A stretch of 34,963 bases of DNA from an uncultured Bacilli bacterium (lineage in GTDB: Bacteria; Bacillota_I; Bacilli_A; RF39; UBA660). The stretch is taken from NCBI GenBank assembly GCA_944329255.1, contig CALVIA010000001.1, forward strand, positions 1 to 34,963, written 5' to 3'. Position 1 is the first letter of the stretch; each line of letters opens with the position of its first letter. The notes beneath the pieces are model-generated. The model was not told the origin of the DNA and did not search any database. It worked only from the letters and a program-made list of their open reading frames with translations. Position numbers and translations under genes: made by a program. Positions 16,279-25,689 of this stretch are shown piece after piece.

Positions 16279-18125
16279 AATCTTCCACCAGAAGATCCTC
16301 CTCCACCGGAGAAACCTCCACCACCTGAGAATCCTCCTCCAAATCCTCCTCCTGAAGATGAAGATGATTCTGCTATTTTAGCATTGGCAGCTGAAATAGC
16401 ATCATTTACAGAAGAAATGATACTTCTATTTATTGCATTATTTATTATTAAATAATCATACATGTTAATATCATGATCTTCTATATTTGGTATTTTAATT
16501 TCCATTTGTTTTTTTAATTTATCTGCAATTTTAAAAACATGGGCATAAACTAGATATTTTTCCCAAAGAGCAATTTCAGGTAATTCTTTTTCACTAAAAT
16601 TTCCAAAATCATTTAAAAAATTTTTTAATGCTTTCCATTTAGAATATAATTCACAGCCTTCTTTTGTTCTTTTTTTTGCAGTAAAAATATAAATAGCTAA
16701 TATAATTGAAATAAAAATAGCAAAAAAAGATAAAAATGTTGATACATTTAATATAAATTGTAATAAAAATGGAGTTAAAAGAAATAAAATAATTATTATA
16801 CTAATTTCCTTTTTTTCGTAAAATTTTAAATCAATAGCTCTATTTTTACTTTTTTCTATCCATTTATTATAATTTTTTATAAATTTTCTTGCCTTTGCTT
16901 CGGATTTGCTGGAATCTTTCAAATCTGATAATATAAAATAATTATCGTTGCCAAAATCTCTTATAAGCCAATCTCTTAAATCAAGTTCATTTTCTGTTAA
17001 TGGTTCTTTTAAATTATCATTATTTAATATTAATTTGTAATCTTTTTCATTTTTCTTAAATAATCCTTTACTTTTTGTATTTATCTCCTCTATTAAAAAA
17101 CCTTTTTTATAAATTATATTTAATAAAGCTGATGAAAGTCCATTTGTTGTAATTCTTTTAGTCATTAAATATTCTATTGTTTCTGGAGAATGATTAGAAG
17201 GAAAATCTCTATAATATTTTTGATTAAAATTAGATTTATACTCTTTATCATATTTGTTATAAAATTTATATACAAATATTAAACATGCAATAATCCATGT
17301 ACTCATGCTAATATTTAAAAATAATTTTTTAGTTTTCTCTTTTTTTTCTAATTCCTCATAATATTTTTTTAATTCTTCTCTTTCTTTATTTGCTTCATCT
17401 GCTTTTTTAGTTTCTTCTTCTATAATAACATTTAACATATCTTTATTTGTTTGTTTAGTTGTATTTACAAGATTTTTATCAAAAGTTAGTCTTATATCAA
17501 ATGCAGTATTTGAATAATAATCTTCAATCTCAAAAACAACATATTTTTTTTCATCATCTATATCTATATTTCCCCATAATGGTCCATGAGCCCATGCTCT
17601 TAAATCATTTGCATTATTAGGAAGTATTACTTTGATTGATACATTATCTAAGTCTTCATTAAATTCATTTGATAACATATTAAGTCTTAGTTCATTTATG
17701 TCGTTATGCCCTACAACAATATTCTTTAAAATATATTCGACATAAAAAGCTTTATTCCTATCACTAGGATTATATAACATTAAACTTATTCCATTATATA
17801 ATTCTTCTTCTGTATATTTTAAATAATCTCCTTTATTTGCATTACTTGTTTTTGTAAAACAAGTTCCTATATCATTTAATAAATTATTCTTATTTGACTC
17901 ACATATTTTTAATATTTCTATATCTTCAGCACTATAAATTTTATTTTCATCAAAATATTTAAAGATTAAATTTAAATTAAATCCGTTATATTTACCATCT
18001 AAAGCAATTGCCTCTTTTACTTTTATATCTCCATTTTCTAATATTTCTATTTCTTGTTCCATACTACTTGCATTTACTATAAATGGAAATGTAAATAGTA
18101 GTAATAAAATAAATATTTTTTTCAT
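16275..18125 (-). CDS. DUF2207-family membrane protein
   Basis: Signal peptide MKKIFILLLLFTFPFIVNASS, then a large extracytoplasmic domain and internal TM helices. Ends in the characteristic Gly/Ser-rich tail SSSSGGGFGGGFSGGGGFSGGGGSSGGRF. Sits directly downstream of lemA, the usual pairing. Confidence 0.8.
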   Translation of the reverse strand: MKKIFILLLLFTFPFIVNASSMEQEIEILENGDIKVKEAIALDGKYNGFNLNLIFKYFDENKIYSAEDIEILKICESNKNNLLNDIGTCFTKTSNANKGDYLKYTEEELYNGISLMLYNPSDRNKAFYVEYILKNIVVGHNDINELRLNMLSNEFNEDLDNVSIKVILPNNANDLRAWAHGPLWGNIDIDDEKKYVVFEIEDYYSNTAFDIRLTFDKNLVNTTKQTNKDMLNVIIEEETKKADEANKEREELKKYYEELEKKEKTKKLFLNISMSTWIIACLIFVYKFYNKYDKEYKSNFNQKYYRDFPSNHSPETIEYLMTKRITTNGLSSALLNIIYKKGFLIEEINTKSKGLFKKNEKDYKLILNNDNLKEPLTENELDLRDWLIRDFGNDNYFILSDLKDSSKSEAKARKFIKNYNKWIEKSKNRAIDLKFYEKKEISIIIILFLLTPFLLQFILNVSTFLSFFAIFISIILAIYIFTAKKRTKEGCELYSKWKALKNFLNDFGNFSEKELPEIALWEKYLVYAHVFKIADKLKKQMEIKIPNIEDHDINMYDYLIINNAINRSIISSVNDAISAANAKIAESSSSSGGGFGGGFSGGGGFSGGGGSSGGRF

Positions 18126-18134
18126 ATTTCCTCC

Positions 18135-18162
18135 AAAAAAAACTTACATAAAGTAAGTTTTA
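18135..18162 (-). terminator. Hairpin plus T-run between lemA and the DUF2207 gene (terminator or attenuator)
   Basis: The minus strand reads AAACTTAC-TTTAT-GTAAGTTT followed by TTTTT. This runs straight into the GGAGG RBS of the DUF2207 gene. The stem abuts the lemA TAA stop. Confidence 0.45.
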
Positions 18163-18714
18163 AAATGATACCTTTGGTGCTTCTTTTTCTCCTTCAGTTA
18201 CTTCAAAGTACTTCATAGGTTTAAATCCAAACATTGATGCAACTATATTCGAAGGAAACATTTCTAATTTATTTGTATATAACAATACTGTATCATTATA
18301 AAATTGTCTGGATATAGCAATTTTATCTTCACAATCTTTTAAATCTCCTTGTAATTGCATAAAATTATTATTTGCTTTTAATTCAGGATATGATTCAGTA
18401 AGAACCATAAGTCTACTTAATGCTTTATTTAATTCACCACTAGCTTCCATTTCTTCTTCTGGAGTAGTAGATGATTTAAATTTATTTCTTGCATTAATTA
18501 CTGCTTCTAATGTTTCACTTTCATGCTTAGCATATCCCTTTACAGTTTCTACTAAATTTGGTATTAAATCAAATCTTCTTTTTAATTGTACATCAATTTG
18601 TGCCCAATTATCTTTTACTTTATTTCTTAAAGAAACAAGTGCATTATATGTCCCAATTAAAAATAAAACGACAATAACTATTATAGCTATAACTATCCAT
18701 ATCCATAATTTCAT
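18160..18714 (-). CDS. lemA: LemA family protein
   Basis: One N-terminal TM helix, then the canonical LemA core YNALVSLRNKVKDNWAQIDVQLKRRFDLIPNLVETVKGYAKHE...ESYPELKAN. I prefer the second ATG (18714), which is 7 nt after GGAGGG. Confidence 0.9.
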   Translation of the reverse strand: MKLWIWIVIAIIVIVVLFLIGTYNALVSLRNKVKDNWAQIDVQLKRRFDLIPNLVETVKGYAKHESETLEAVINARNKFKSSTTPEEEMEASGELNKALSRLMVLTESYPELKANNNFMQLQGDLKDCEDKIAISRQFYNDTVLLYTNKLEMFPSNIVASMFGFKPMKYFEVTEGEKEAPKVSF

Positions 18715-18735
18715 ATACATCCCTCCTATGCTAAA

Positions 18736-18744
18736 ATTATATCA
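18736..18744 (-). promoter_or_regulatory. TG-extended -10 element upstream of lemA
   Basis: The minus strand reads TGATATAAT within the 33-nt gap between the last LRR paralog and lemA. I identified no convincing -35 box. Confidence 0.3.
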
Positions 18745-18753
18745 TATATTTTT

Positions 18754-20355
18754 CTATTTTTTCTTAAAATTTAATAAAATTTCAAATAAATTCTTTTTTT
18801 CTTCATTTTTTGGTTTATTCTCTTTGTTTATTAATTGATTTATGTTTTTATTATATTTTAAACTATTCTTCCCTTTTTCTTTTAAATTTAAAGCATTAAA
18901 TGTTTCTAATTCCATATTTAATTCTAATAAATAATCTCCGTATTTTTCTAATTCTGGAGTATCTAATATTTTTAATTTTTTATTTTTATTTAAAAAAGAA
19001 TTTCCAATATATTTTATTTTTTCTAAATATAATTCATTCAACTCTTTATTATTATACATAAAAAAATCTTCAATTTGTTCTAATTTAGGCATAATAATTT
19101 TATTAATAGATTCATTAAAATATAAAAAATATGATTTTATTTTTTTTATATTTGGCAAAAAAATACTTTTTAGTTGCGTATTAAAATATAAAAATGAATC
19201 TCCTATTTCTTCAACTAAAGGAAGTTCTATTTTTTTTAAAATTGTATTATCATTTAAAAATCTATTTTTTATTATTTTAGTTTTTTCTAATATTATTTCC
19301 TTTAAATACTTTGAACGAGACAAAAAATTATCTTCTATGATTATTGAATAATTGTCATACATGGATATAATTCTATTATTTTTATCTAATTTTATAATTA
19401 TATTTTTTTCATCATTTAAATAAATTATTACTCTTTTACCATCTTCTATATTTTGCACTTCTATTTTTTTTATATTATCATTAATATTTACAAAGCCATC
19501 TTTTAACTCCTCATCTAATAAATTAACTTTTTTATTTTTTAAATCTAATACAAAGTAATCCATTATCAAATATTTTTCATCATACTTTTTTGGTGTTAAA
19601 TTATTTAAAATAATATTATTTTGGCAATAATAAATTTTATTTATTAAATAGTTATATTTATAGTATTTATTATCTTTTCCAATTACATAACCTGGTATAT
19701 CAAAATCACTTTTTATTATACGTTGTTTAAGTCCATAATGTACATCAAAGCTTTTGGTAAGTCCTCCTATAATGTTATCTAAATTATTTGAAAATGTAGC
19801 ATCAGGATTTCTTACCTTATGATTATATCTATTTTTTATAGACAATATGTGATACTCATCTTTTGTAAATTGAATGCTTATCACACTTGTTCCATATTCA
19901 TCATCTCTTATTGGATTAGTAAAATCTGCTCTTTTTATTTCATCAGCATTATCTTTTACTGCAAAGAAAACATATGAATCTTCTAATCTTTTTTCTCTAA
20001 AAGTACATAATTCTTCTGTATCATGGTAATATTTTCTAAATGATTGTATTTCGTCTTCAGTTTCGCACTTGTACAATGTATATCCAGCTTCTTTTAATAA
20101 CTCTTCTGGAGTTTTTAAAGTACTAGTTTTTACTTTTTCTTTTGTATAAAAGAAACTGTTAATAAAATTTACAAATTTACTTTCCAAATTATTATTTTTA
20201 ATATCAATATATAGGTCTCTTGATACATCAAAATTTTTAATTAATGTTTGTGATAATAGTCCTGGATAATTATCTAAAATTGTAGGAAAAGATTTTCTAC
20301 AAAAACGCATCATTTCTTCACCATATTTTTTCTTTATTATTTTTAAATCATCCAT
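18754..20355 (-). CDS. LRR paralog 1 (last in the operon): conserved unknown N-domain, about 8 LRRs of 22 residues, and a K-rich tail
   Basis: 533 aa. N-terminus MDDLKIIKKKYGEEMM..., with the invariant family blocks LCTF, VFFAVKDN, DEYGTSVISIQFTKD, LSIKNRYNH, DATFSNNLD, YKYNY and YYCQNN. C-terminal repeats follow L..L.LP.L..IG..FL..N. No signal peptide or TM segment. Confidence 0.9.
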   Translation of the reverse strand: MDDLKIIKKKYGEEMMRFCRKSFPTILDNYPGLLSQTLIKNFDVSRDLYIDIKNNNLESKFVNFINSFFYTKEKVKTSTLKTPEELLKEAGYTLYKCETEDEIQSFRKYYHDTEELCTFREKRLEDSYVFFAVKDNADEIKRADFTNPIRDDEYGTSVISIQFTKDEYHILSIKNRYNHKVRNPDATFSNNLDNIIGGLTKSFDVHYGLKQRIIKSDFDIPGYVIGKDNKYYKYNYLINKIYYCQNNIILNNLTPKKYDEKYLIMDYFVLDLKNKKVNLLDEELKDGFVNINDNIKKIEVQNIEDGKRVIIYLNDEKNIIIKLDKNNRIISMYDNYSIIIEDNFLSRSKYLKEIILEKTKIIKNRFLNDNTILKKIELPLVEEIGDSFLYFNTQLKSIFLPNIKKIKSYFLYFNESINKIIMPKLEQIEDFFMYNNKELNELYLEKIKYIGNSFLNKNKKLKILDTPELEKYGDYLLELNMELETFNALNLKEKGKNSLKYNKNINQLINKENKPKNEEKKNLFEILLNFKKK

Positions 20356-20366
20356 AATAATACATC

Positions 20367-20651
20367 CTAGCCGTATAATCTTTTTAATCTAATATTTTTA
20401 TTATTTTTCATTATAACAAGTATTTCGTCTTCACTTGGATTTTCTCTTCCATATTTTGAATCTAGAGCTCCGAAAGATGCCACAAAATTATTAATATCTT
20501 TTATTAATTTATCAGACATATATAATACATCATTTACTTCAATTTTATCTATGATATCGTATAATTCTATATGAAAAAAATATTCATTATTTTCTTCATC
20601 CTTTACAAAACAATTATTTTTTTCAATTTTTTTTACTATTAATTTTTTCAT
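20367..20651 (-). CDS. 94-aa hypothetical protein embedded in the LRR array
   Basis: Its ATG at 20651 lies 1 nt after the TAA of paralog 2 (TAATATG). Its TAG stop is 11 nt before the paralog 1 ATG. The product MKKLIVKKIEKNNCFVKDEENNEYFFHIELYDIIDKIEVNDVLY... is hydrophilic, with no motif I recognise with confidence. Confidence 0.6.
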   Translation of the reverse strand: MKKLIVKKIEKNNCFVKDEENNEYFFHIELYDIIDKIEVNDVLYMSDKLIKDINNFVASFGALDSKYGRENPSEDEILVIMKNNKNIRLKRLYG

Positions 20652-20652
20652 A

Positions 20653-22392
20653 TTATTTAATACTTCCTTTATTTAATTTTATGTTATCATTTACTGGTAA
20701 AATCCTATATCCTTTTTTTTGTAAACAGGGAGTATAAAACTCATAGAGTGATGTGTTTGATGGCAAAAAATCACTACCAATTTCAATTAAGTTAGGGGCA
20801 TAGAACCTAATTAACAAATCATTTTCTAATAAAAAATAATTACATATAATTTCAACTTTTGGTAAAACTAATTCTTTCAATGAAACATTTTTGCCTAAAA
20901 AATATGAACCAATTTCTTTTACATTAGGTAATATTACTGTTTCTAATATTTTATTTTTAAACATGAAACTTTCATCAATTTGTTCTAATTTTGGAAAATA
21001 TATTCTGTACATACTATTATTGCTATCTAAAAAATTTTTACCTACTCTTTTTAATTTATTGGCGTTTATATATTCTAAAAATTCATTTGAAAACAAAAAT
21101 GAGTTTTCTATTTTTTCTACATTTGGTATATATATTTTTTTCAAACTTCTATTTTTATACATAAAGTCAGATCCAATTTCTCTTAAATTTGGAAAATCTA
21201 ATTGTTCTATATTATTATCATTATATAAAAAACAATTTTTTATTATTTCTAAATTATATAATGAATAATTTTCTAAATGTTCATTTGAATATAAAAAATT
21301 ATTTCCTGCTATTCTTAAATTTGGCAAATATAATTTTTTTATATTTTTTACATTTGATAAATAATTGTCATCAGCTTGAAGTAGTTCTGTATCTATTAAC
21401 GATATCATGCGATTTGCATCATCAAGTTCAAAAATTAAATCGTCCTTTTCATCTCTTTTTAAAATGATTTTTTTTATTTTCCCTTGTTTTTCAATAATAA
21501 TATTATTAATTTTACCTATAGTTTCCTGAAAAGAGTCATCTACCCATTCATCATATAATCTAATTTCTTTTTTTTGAAAATCTAAAATAAAATATTCAAA
21601 AACTAAAATTCTTTCATCATATTTTTTTACATCGAAATTATCTATTATTATATTATTAGGACAATAATATATATTATCATGTTCATAATTATACTTATAA
21701 TATTTTCCATCATTCGAAAGAACATATCCAGGTAATTCAAATTCAAGATGAACATATTTTTGCTTTAATCCATAATATTTTTCAAAGCTTTTAGTAAGAC
21801 CTTCTATAATATTATCCAAATTATTAGAAAAAGTTGCATCTGGATTTTTAACTTTGTGATTATATCTATTTTTTATAGATAAAATATGTTCTTCATCTTT
21901 TGTAAATTGAATGCTTATTACACTTGTACCATATTCATCCTGTCTTTCTGGTCTATTAAAATTTTCTCTTTTAATTTCTTCAACATTATCTTTTACTGCA
22001 AAAAATACATAATAATTTTCTAATCGGTTTGAATTAAAAGTACATAGTGCTTCATCATATCTATAATATTTTTTAAAAGATTGAACTTCATCTTCAGTGT
22101 TACATTTATAAAGAATATATCCTGCTTCCTTTAATAACTCTTCTGGGCTTTTATTTTTATCTGTTTCTTGTTTTTTTTGAATTTCAATAAAACTATAAAT
22201 ATATCTTCTAAAATTTAACTCTAACCCATATTTTTTTAAATCATTATATAAAAGATGATTTGGATAAAAATGAGAAAGCATAATTTCAGATAATAAACCA
22301 GGTTTATTATCTAAAATTGTTGAAAATAATTTTCTACATAAATGCATCATATTTTCGCCATATTTCTTTTTTATAATCTTTAAATCATCCAT
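20653..22392 (-). CDS. LRR paralog 2: conserved unknown N-domain plus about 10-11 LRRs
   Basis: 579 aa with the same invariant blocks as the other copies. Its ATG overlaps the TAA of paralog 3 (TAATG at 22390-22394). Confidence 0.9.
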   Translation of the reverse strand: MDDLKIIKKKYGENMMHLCRKLFSTILDNKPGLLSEIMLSHFYPNHLLYNDLKKYGLELNFRRYIYSFIEIQKKQETDKNKSPEELLKEAGYILYKCNTEDEVQSFKKYYRYDEALCTFNSNRLENYYVFFAVKDNVEEIKRENFNRPERQDEYGTSVISIQFTKDEEHILSIKNRYNHKVKNPDATFSNNLDNIIEGLTKSFEKYYGLKQKYVHLEFELPGYVLSNDGKYYKYNYEHDNIYYCPNNIIIDNFDVKKYDERILVFEYFILDFQKKEIRLYDEWVDDSFQETIGKINNIIIEKQGKIKKIILKRDEKDDLIFELDDANRMISLIDTELLQADDNYLSNVKNIKKLYLPNLRIAGNNFLYSNEHLENYSLYNLEIIKNCFLYNDNNIEQLDFPNLREIGSDFMYKNRSLKKIYIPNVEKIENSFLFSNEFLEYINANKLKRVGKNFLDSNNSMYRIYFPKLEQIDESFMFKNKILETVILPNVKEIGSYFLGKNVSLKELVLPKVEIICNYFLLENDLLIRFYAPNLIEIGSDFLPSNTSLYEFYTPCLQKKGYRILPVNDNIKLNKGSIK

Positions 22393-24095
22393 TATTTAGC
22401 TCCTTTGCTTATATTAAAATTAAACCAGTTATTATTTAATTTTGGGACATTAATTTCTCTTAAGCATATGACTGAATCTAAAAAATATATCCCTACATCA
22501 TATAAATTTGGGGCATTAAAAACTTCTAATTTAGTGTTACACATTAAAAATTCATTACCAACTGTTTCCAAATATGGTGCATTGAATTCTTTTAACTCTA
22601 TATTTTCTTTTAAAAACATATTTTTTATTTCCTTAATATTAGGTATGTAAATATAGTTTAATTTTTTATTATCAGTGAGAAATGGTGAATTAATATAAAG
22701 AAGTGATGGTAAATATAATTCTTCTAATTCTGTATTATGTGGCAAAAACCATGTATTTATTATTTTTAAATTTGGTGCAATAAATTGTTTTAATTCTCTA
22801 TTACAAAATAATATACCATTATTTATTTCTTCTATTTTACCTAAATTTAAATATTTTAAATTTTTATTATTCATCAAAAATTCATCATCAACAAATTTTA
22901 TATTAGGTAAATATAAAGTTGTAAGTAAAGAATTTTTTAAAAATGATTTACCTGCATATTCCAAGTTATATATATCAATATTTTCTATACTAGATAACTT
23001 TATAAAGTTATCCCCAGTTTTAATTAATTTTGGCATATTAACATATTTTATATGTTTTACATTGCTTAAAAAATTATTATCAACATATTTTGTAATCTCA
23101 TCATAATAAGAAGTTATATTATTAGTTTTATTTGTTTTTATTACTACATTATTTAAATTATTAAAATTTATAATAACAATTTTTCCTAATTCATTATTTT
23201 CTATTTGAATATTTTTTATATCATTAAATAAATTAGTAAAAGAATCATTTATTCTTTTATCATATAATTTTACAGTTTTGTTTTTTATATCAATTATAAA
23301 ATAATCGATTAAAAAATATTTTTCATCTAATTTTATTGGGTTAAAATTATCTATTATTATATTATTAGGACAATAGTATATATTATTTATTTCATAATTA
23401 TATTTATAATATTTATTATCATTAGCAAATACATAGCCGGGTATTTCAAAATTTTTATGAATATTTTTTTGTTTCATACCATAATATTCTTCAAAACTTT
23501 TTGTTAATCCCTCAATAATATTATCAAGATTATTTGAAAATGTTGCATCTGGATTTGATACAGAATGATTATATCTATTTTTTATTGATAATGTATGATT
23601 ATCATCTTTTGTAAACTGAATGCTTATTACTGAGGTTCCATATTCATCTTGTCTTTTTGGATATAAAAAATTTTTTCTTCTTAATTCATTTGCATTTTCT
23701 TTCACTGCAAAAAATACATAATTTGTATCTAGTCTTCCTCCTATAAAAGTACATAACTCTTCATTTTCACTATAATATTTTTTAAAAGATTGAATATCAC
23801 TTTCATTTTTACATTCGTACAAAATATATCCACATTCTTTAAGAAGTTCTTCTGGAGATTTATCTACTCTAACTAATTCTTTTTCTTTATCTAAAAAACT
23901 ATATATATATGTAGCAAAAGATGTTATTAAATGATTTTCTGTTATATCATTATATAAAAATTTTGATGGTTCAAAATGAGATAGTAAAATATTACTTAAA
24001 AGTCCCTCTTCTTCTAAAAGTGTAGGAAATAATTTTCTACACAAATGCATCATGTTTTCTCCATACTTTTTCTTAATTATTTTTAAATCATCCAT
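22392..24095 (-). CDS. LRR paralog 3: conserved unknown N-domain plus about 10-11 LRRs
   Basis: 567 aa with the same invariant blocks. GAGGT RBS in the 19-nt gap after paralog 4. Confidence 0.9.
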   Translation of the reverse strand: MDDLKIIKKKYGENMMHLCRKLFPTLLEEEGLLSNILLSHFEPSKFLYNDITENHLITSFATYIYSFLDKEKELVRVDKSPEELLKECGYILYECKNESDIQSFKKYYSENEELCTFIGGRLDTNYVFFAVKENANELRRKNFLYPKRQDEYGTSVISIQFTKDDNHTLSIKNRYNHSVSNPDATFSNNLDNIIEGLTKSFEEYYGMKQKNIHKNFEIPGYVFANDNKYYKYNYEINNIYYCPNNIIIDNFNPIKLDEKYFLIDYFIIDIKNKTVKLYDKRINDSFTNLFNDIKNIQIENNELGKIVIINFNNLNNVVIKTNKTNNITSYYDEITKYVDNNFLSNVKHIKYVNMPKLIKTGDNFIKLSSIENIDIYNLEYAGKSFLKNSLLTTLYLPNIKFVDDEFLMNNKNLKYLNLGKIEEINNGILFCNRELKQFIAPNLKIINTWFLPHNTELEELYLPSLLYINSPFLTDNKKLNYIYIPNIKEIKNMFLKENIELKEFNAPYLETVGNEFLMCNTKLEVFNAPNLYDVGIYFLDSVICLREINVPKLNNNWFNFNISKGAK

Positions 24096-24114
24096 ATGTT
24101 ACCTCATATATCAT

Positions 24115-25653
24115 TTATAACTTTTTTTCTCCATCTTCATCTAAACTTGCCATATAACCTATACCTTTTTCAGTTAAACTATCCAATTGAATATTTTTTA
24201 AATTTTTTGCATTTAAGACAAAACTATTCCCTACTTTTTCTAATTTAGGGGCAAATATATTTTCGATTACTTTATTTGAACTCATAAAACTATCCCCTGC
24301 TTGAGTAATTTCAGGAAGACTTAATGTTGTTAACTTTTCATTAAATTCTAAAAAGCTATCTCCAACTTCTTCTAATTTTGGAAAATTTATTGTCTTTAAG
24401 TTCCTTGCAATTCTTAAAAAATTATTTTTTACTTTTTTTAAGTTAGGAAAAGAAACTTGCTCTATTTTCTCTGCATAATCAAGAAACAAATTTCCAGTTT
24501 CTTCTAATAGAGGCATATCAATATTAGATAAAGAAGAACAAGACTCTAAAAAACTATCTCCAACCTTTTTTACATTAGGAAAATACACTTCTTCAAGACC
24601 ATTTATTCCAGCTAAAAAGTTATCCGGACATTCTTTTAATGTTTCGTCGTAAATAGTTTTTATTTTATTGTCTTTACCAGCAAATAAAATAATATTATCA
24701 CCATTTTCCTTAAATAATATTATTCTCTTTCCTTCTTTATTATTTTCTATTTGAATATTTTTTATATTATTTAACCTATCTGTAAATTTATCACACAATA
24801 ATTGTTCATCATAAGGAATAAATTTTTTATTTTTTAAATCAAACAAAAAATAATCAATTAATAAATATTTTTCATCTAATTTTTTTGGATTAAAATTATC
24901 TATTATAATGTTATTTGGACAATAATATATATTATTTATTTCATAATTGTATTTATAAAATCTTCCATCATTTGCTTGAACATAATCTCTTAAAAATATT
25001 CCCTTACTATCATGTTTTTGTATCATACCATAATATTTTTCAAAACTTCTTGTTAAACCTGGAATAATATTATCTAGGTTGTTTGAAAATGTTGCATCAC
25101 ACATTGGTACTGTATGATTATATCTATTTTTAATTGATAAAGTATGACTTTGATCTCTTGTAAACTGAATGCTTATAACACTTGTGCCATATTCATCTTC
25201 TCGTTTTGGGGTAGAAAAATTTTCTCTTTTAATATCATCCACATTATCTTTAACTGCAAAAAATACATGACAAGTATCCAATCTATTCCCCCTAAAGGTA
25301 CATAGTTCTTCTCCATTTTTATAATATTTTTTAAAACTTTGTATATCTTCTTCACTTTTACATTCATAAAGAGTATATCCAGCTTCTTTTAATAATTCTG
25401 TTGGGGTTTTATAAACCTCAGGTAATGGCATTTCTTTTACATCAACAAAATTATAAATAAAATTTGAAAATTCTCTTTCCTTTCCTTGTTCAATAATATC
25501 TTCATACAATTCTTTTGACGGATTAAAATGATTTAATAATAATTCTGATAATAGTCCAGGATTATTATCTAGTATTGTAGAAAATAATCTTCTACATAAA
25601 TGCATCATATTTTCACCATATTTTTTCTTAATAATTTTTAAATCTTCATTCAT
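24115..25653 (-). CDS. LRR paralog 4: conserved unknown N-domain plus about 8 LRRs
   Basis: 512 aa, starting MNEDLKIIKKKYGENMMHLCR. It carries the family blocks but has local deviations: PMCDATF where the others have NPDATF, and KGIFLRDYV where they have F[ED][IL]PGYV. AGGTGA RBS upstream. Confidence 0.9.
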   Translation of the reverse strand: MNEDLKIIKKKYGENMMHLCRRLFSTILDNNPGLLSELLLNHFNPSKELYEDIIEQGKEREFSNFIYNFVDVKEMPLPEVYKTPTELLKEAGYTLYECKSEEDIQSFKKYYKNGEELCTFRGNRLDTCHVFFAVKDNVDDIKRENFSTPKREDEYGTSVISIQFTRDQSHTLSIKNRYNHTVPMCDATFSNNLDNIIPGLTRSFEKYYGMIQKHDSKGIFLRDYVQANDGRFYKYNYEINNIYYCPNNIIIDNFNPKKLDEKYLLIDYFLFDLKNKKFIPYDEQLLCDKFTDRLNNIKNIQIENNKEGKRIILFKENGDNIILFAGKDNKIKTIYDETLKECPDNFLAGINGLEEVYFPNVKKVGDSFLESCSSLSNIDMPLLEETGNLFLDYAEKIEQVSFPNLKKVKNNFLRIARNLKTINFPKLEEVGDSFLEFNEKLTTLSLPEITQAGDSFMSSNKVIENIFAPKLEKVGNSFVLNAKNLKNIQLDSLTEKGIGYMASLDEDGEKKL

Positions 25654-25689
25654 ACTTTCACCTGCTTACACAATTTTTTATTCTTTTTT

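Noticed and set aside
25173-25367. A 64-aa same-strand ORF nested in another frame of LRR paralog 4.
   Set aside because: It is an out-of-frame overlap within a region whose main frame encodes the most conserved family blocks. It has no RBS and no counterpart in the other four paralogs.
25300-25400. A possible PD-(D/E)xK nuclease motif (E...YECK) in the N-domain of paralogs 3-5.
   Set aside because: The putative ExK is not conserved. Paralogs 1 and 2 read YKCE and YKCN at the same position, so it is unlikely to be catalytic. A Cys-His-Asp arrangement (LCTF ... NRYNH ... DATF) is conserved, but assigning a hydrolase fold from that alone would be speculation.
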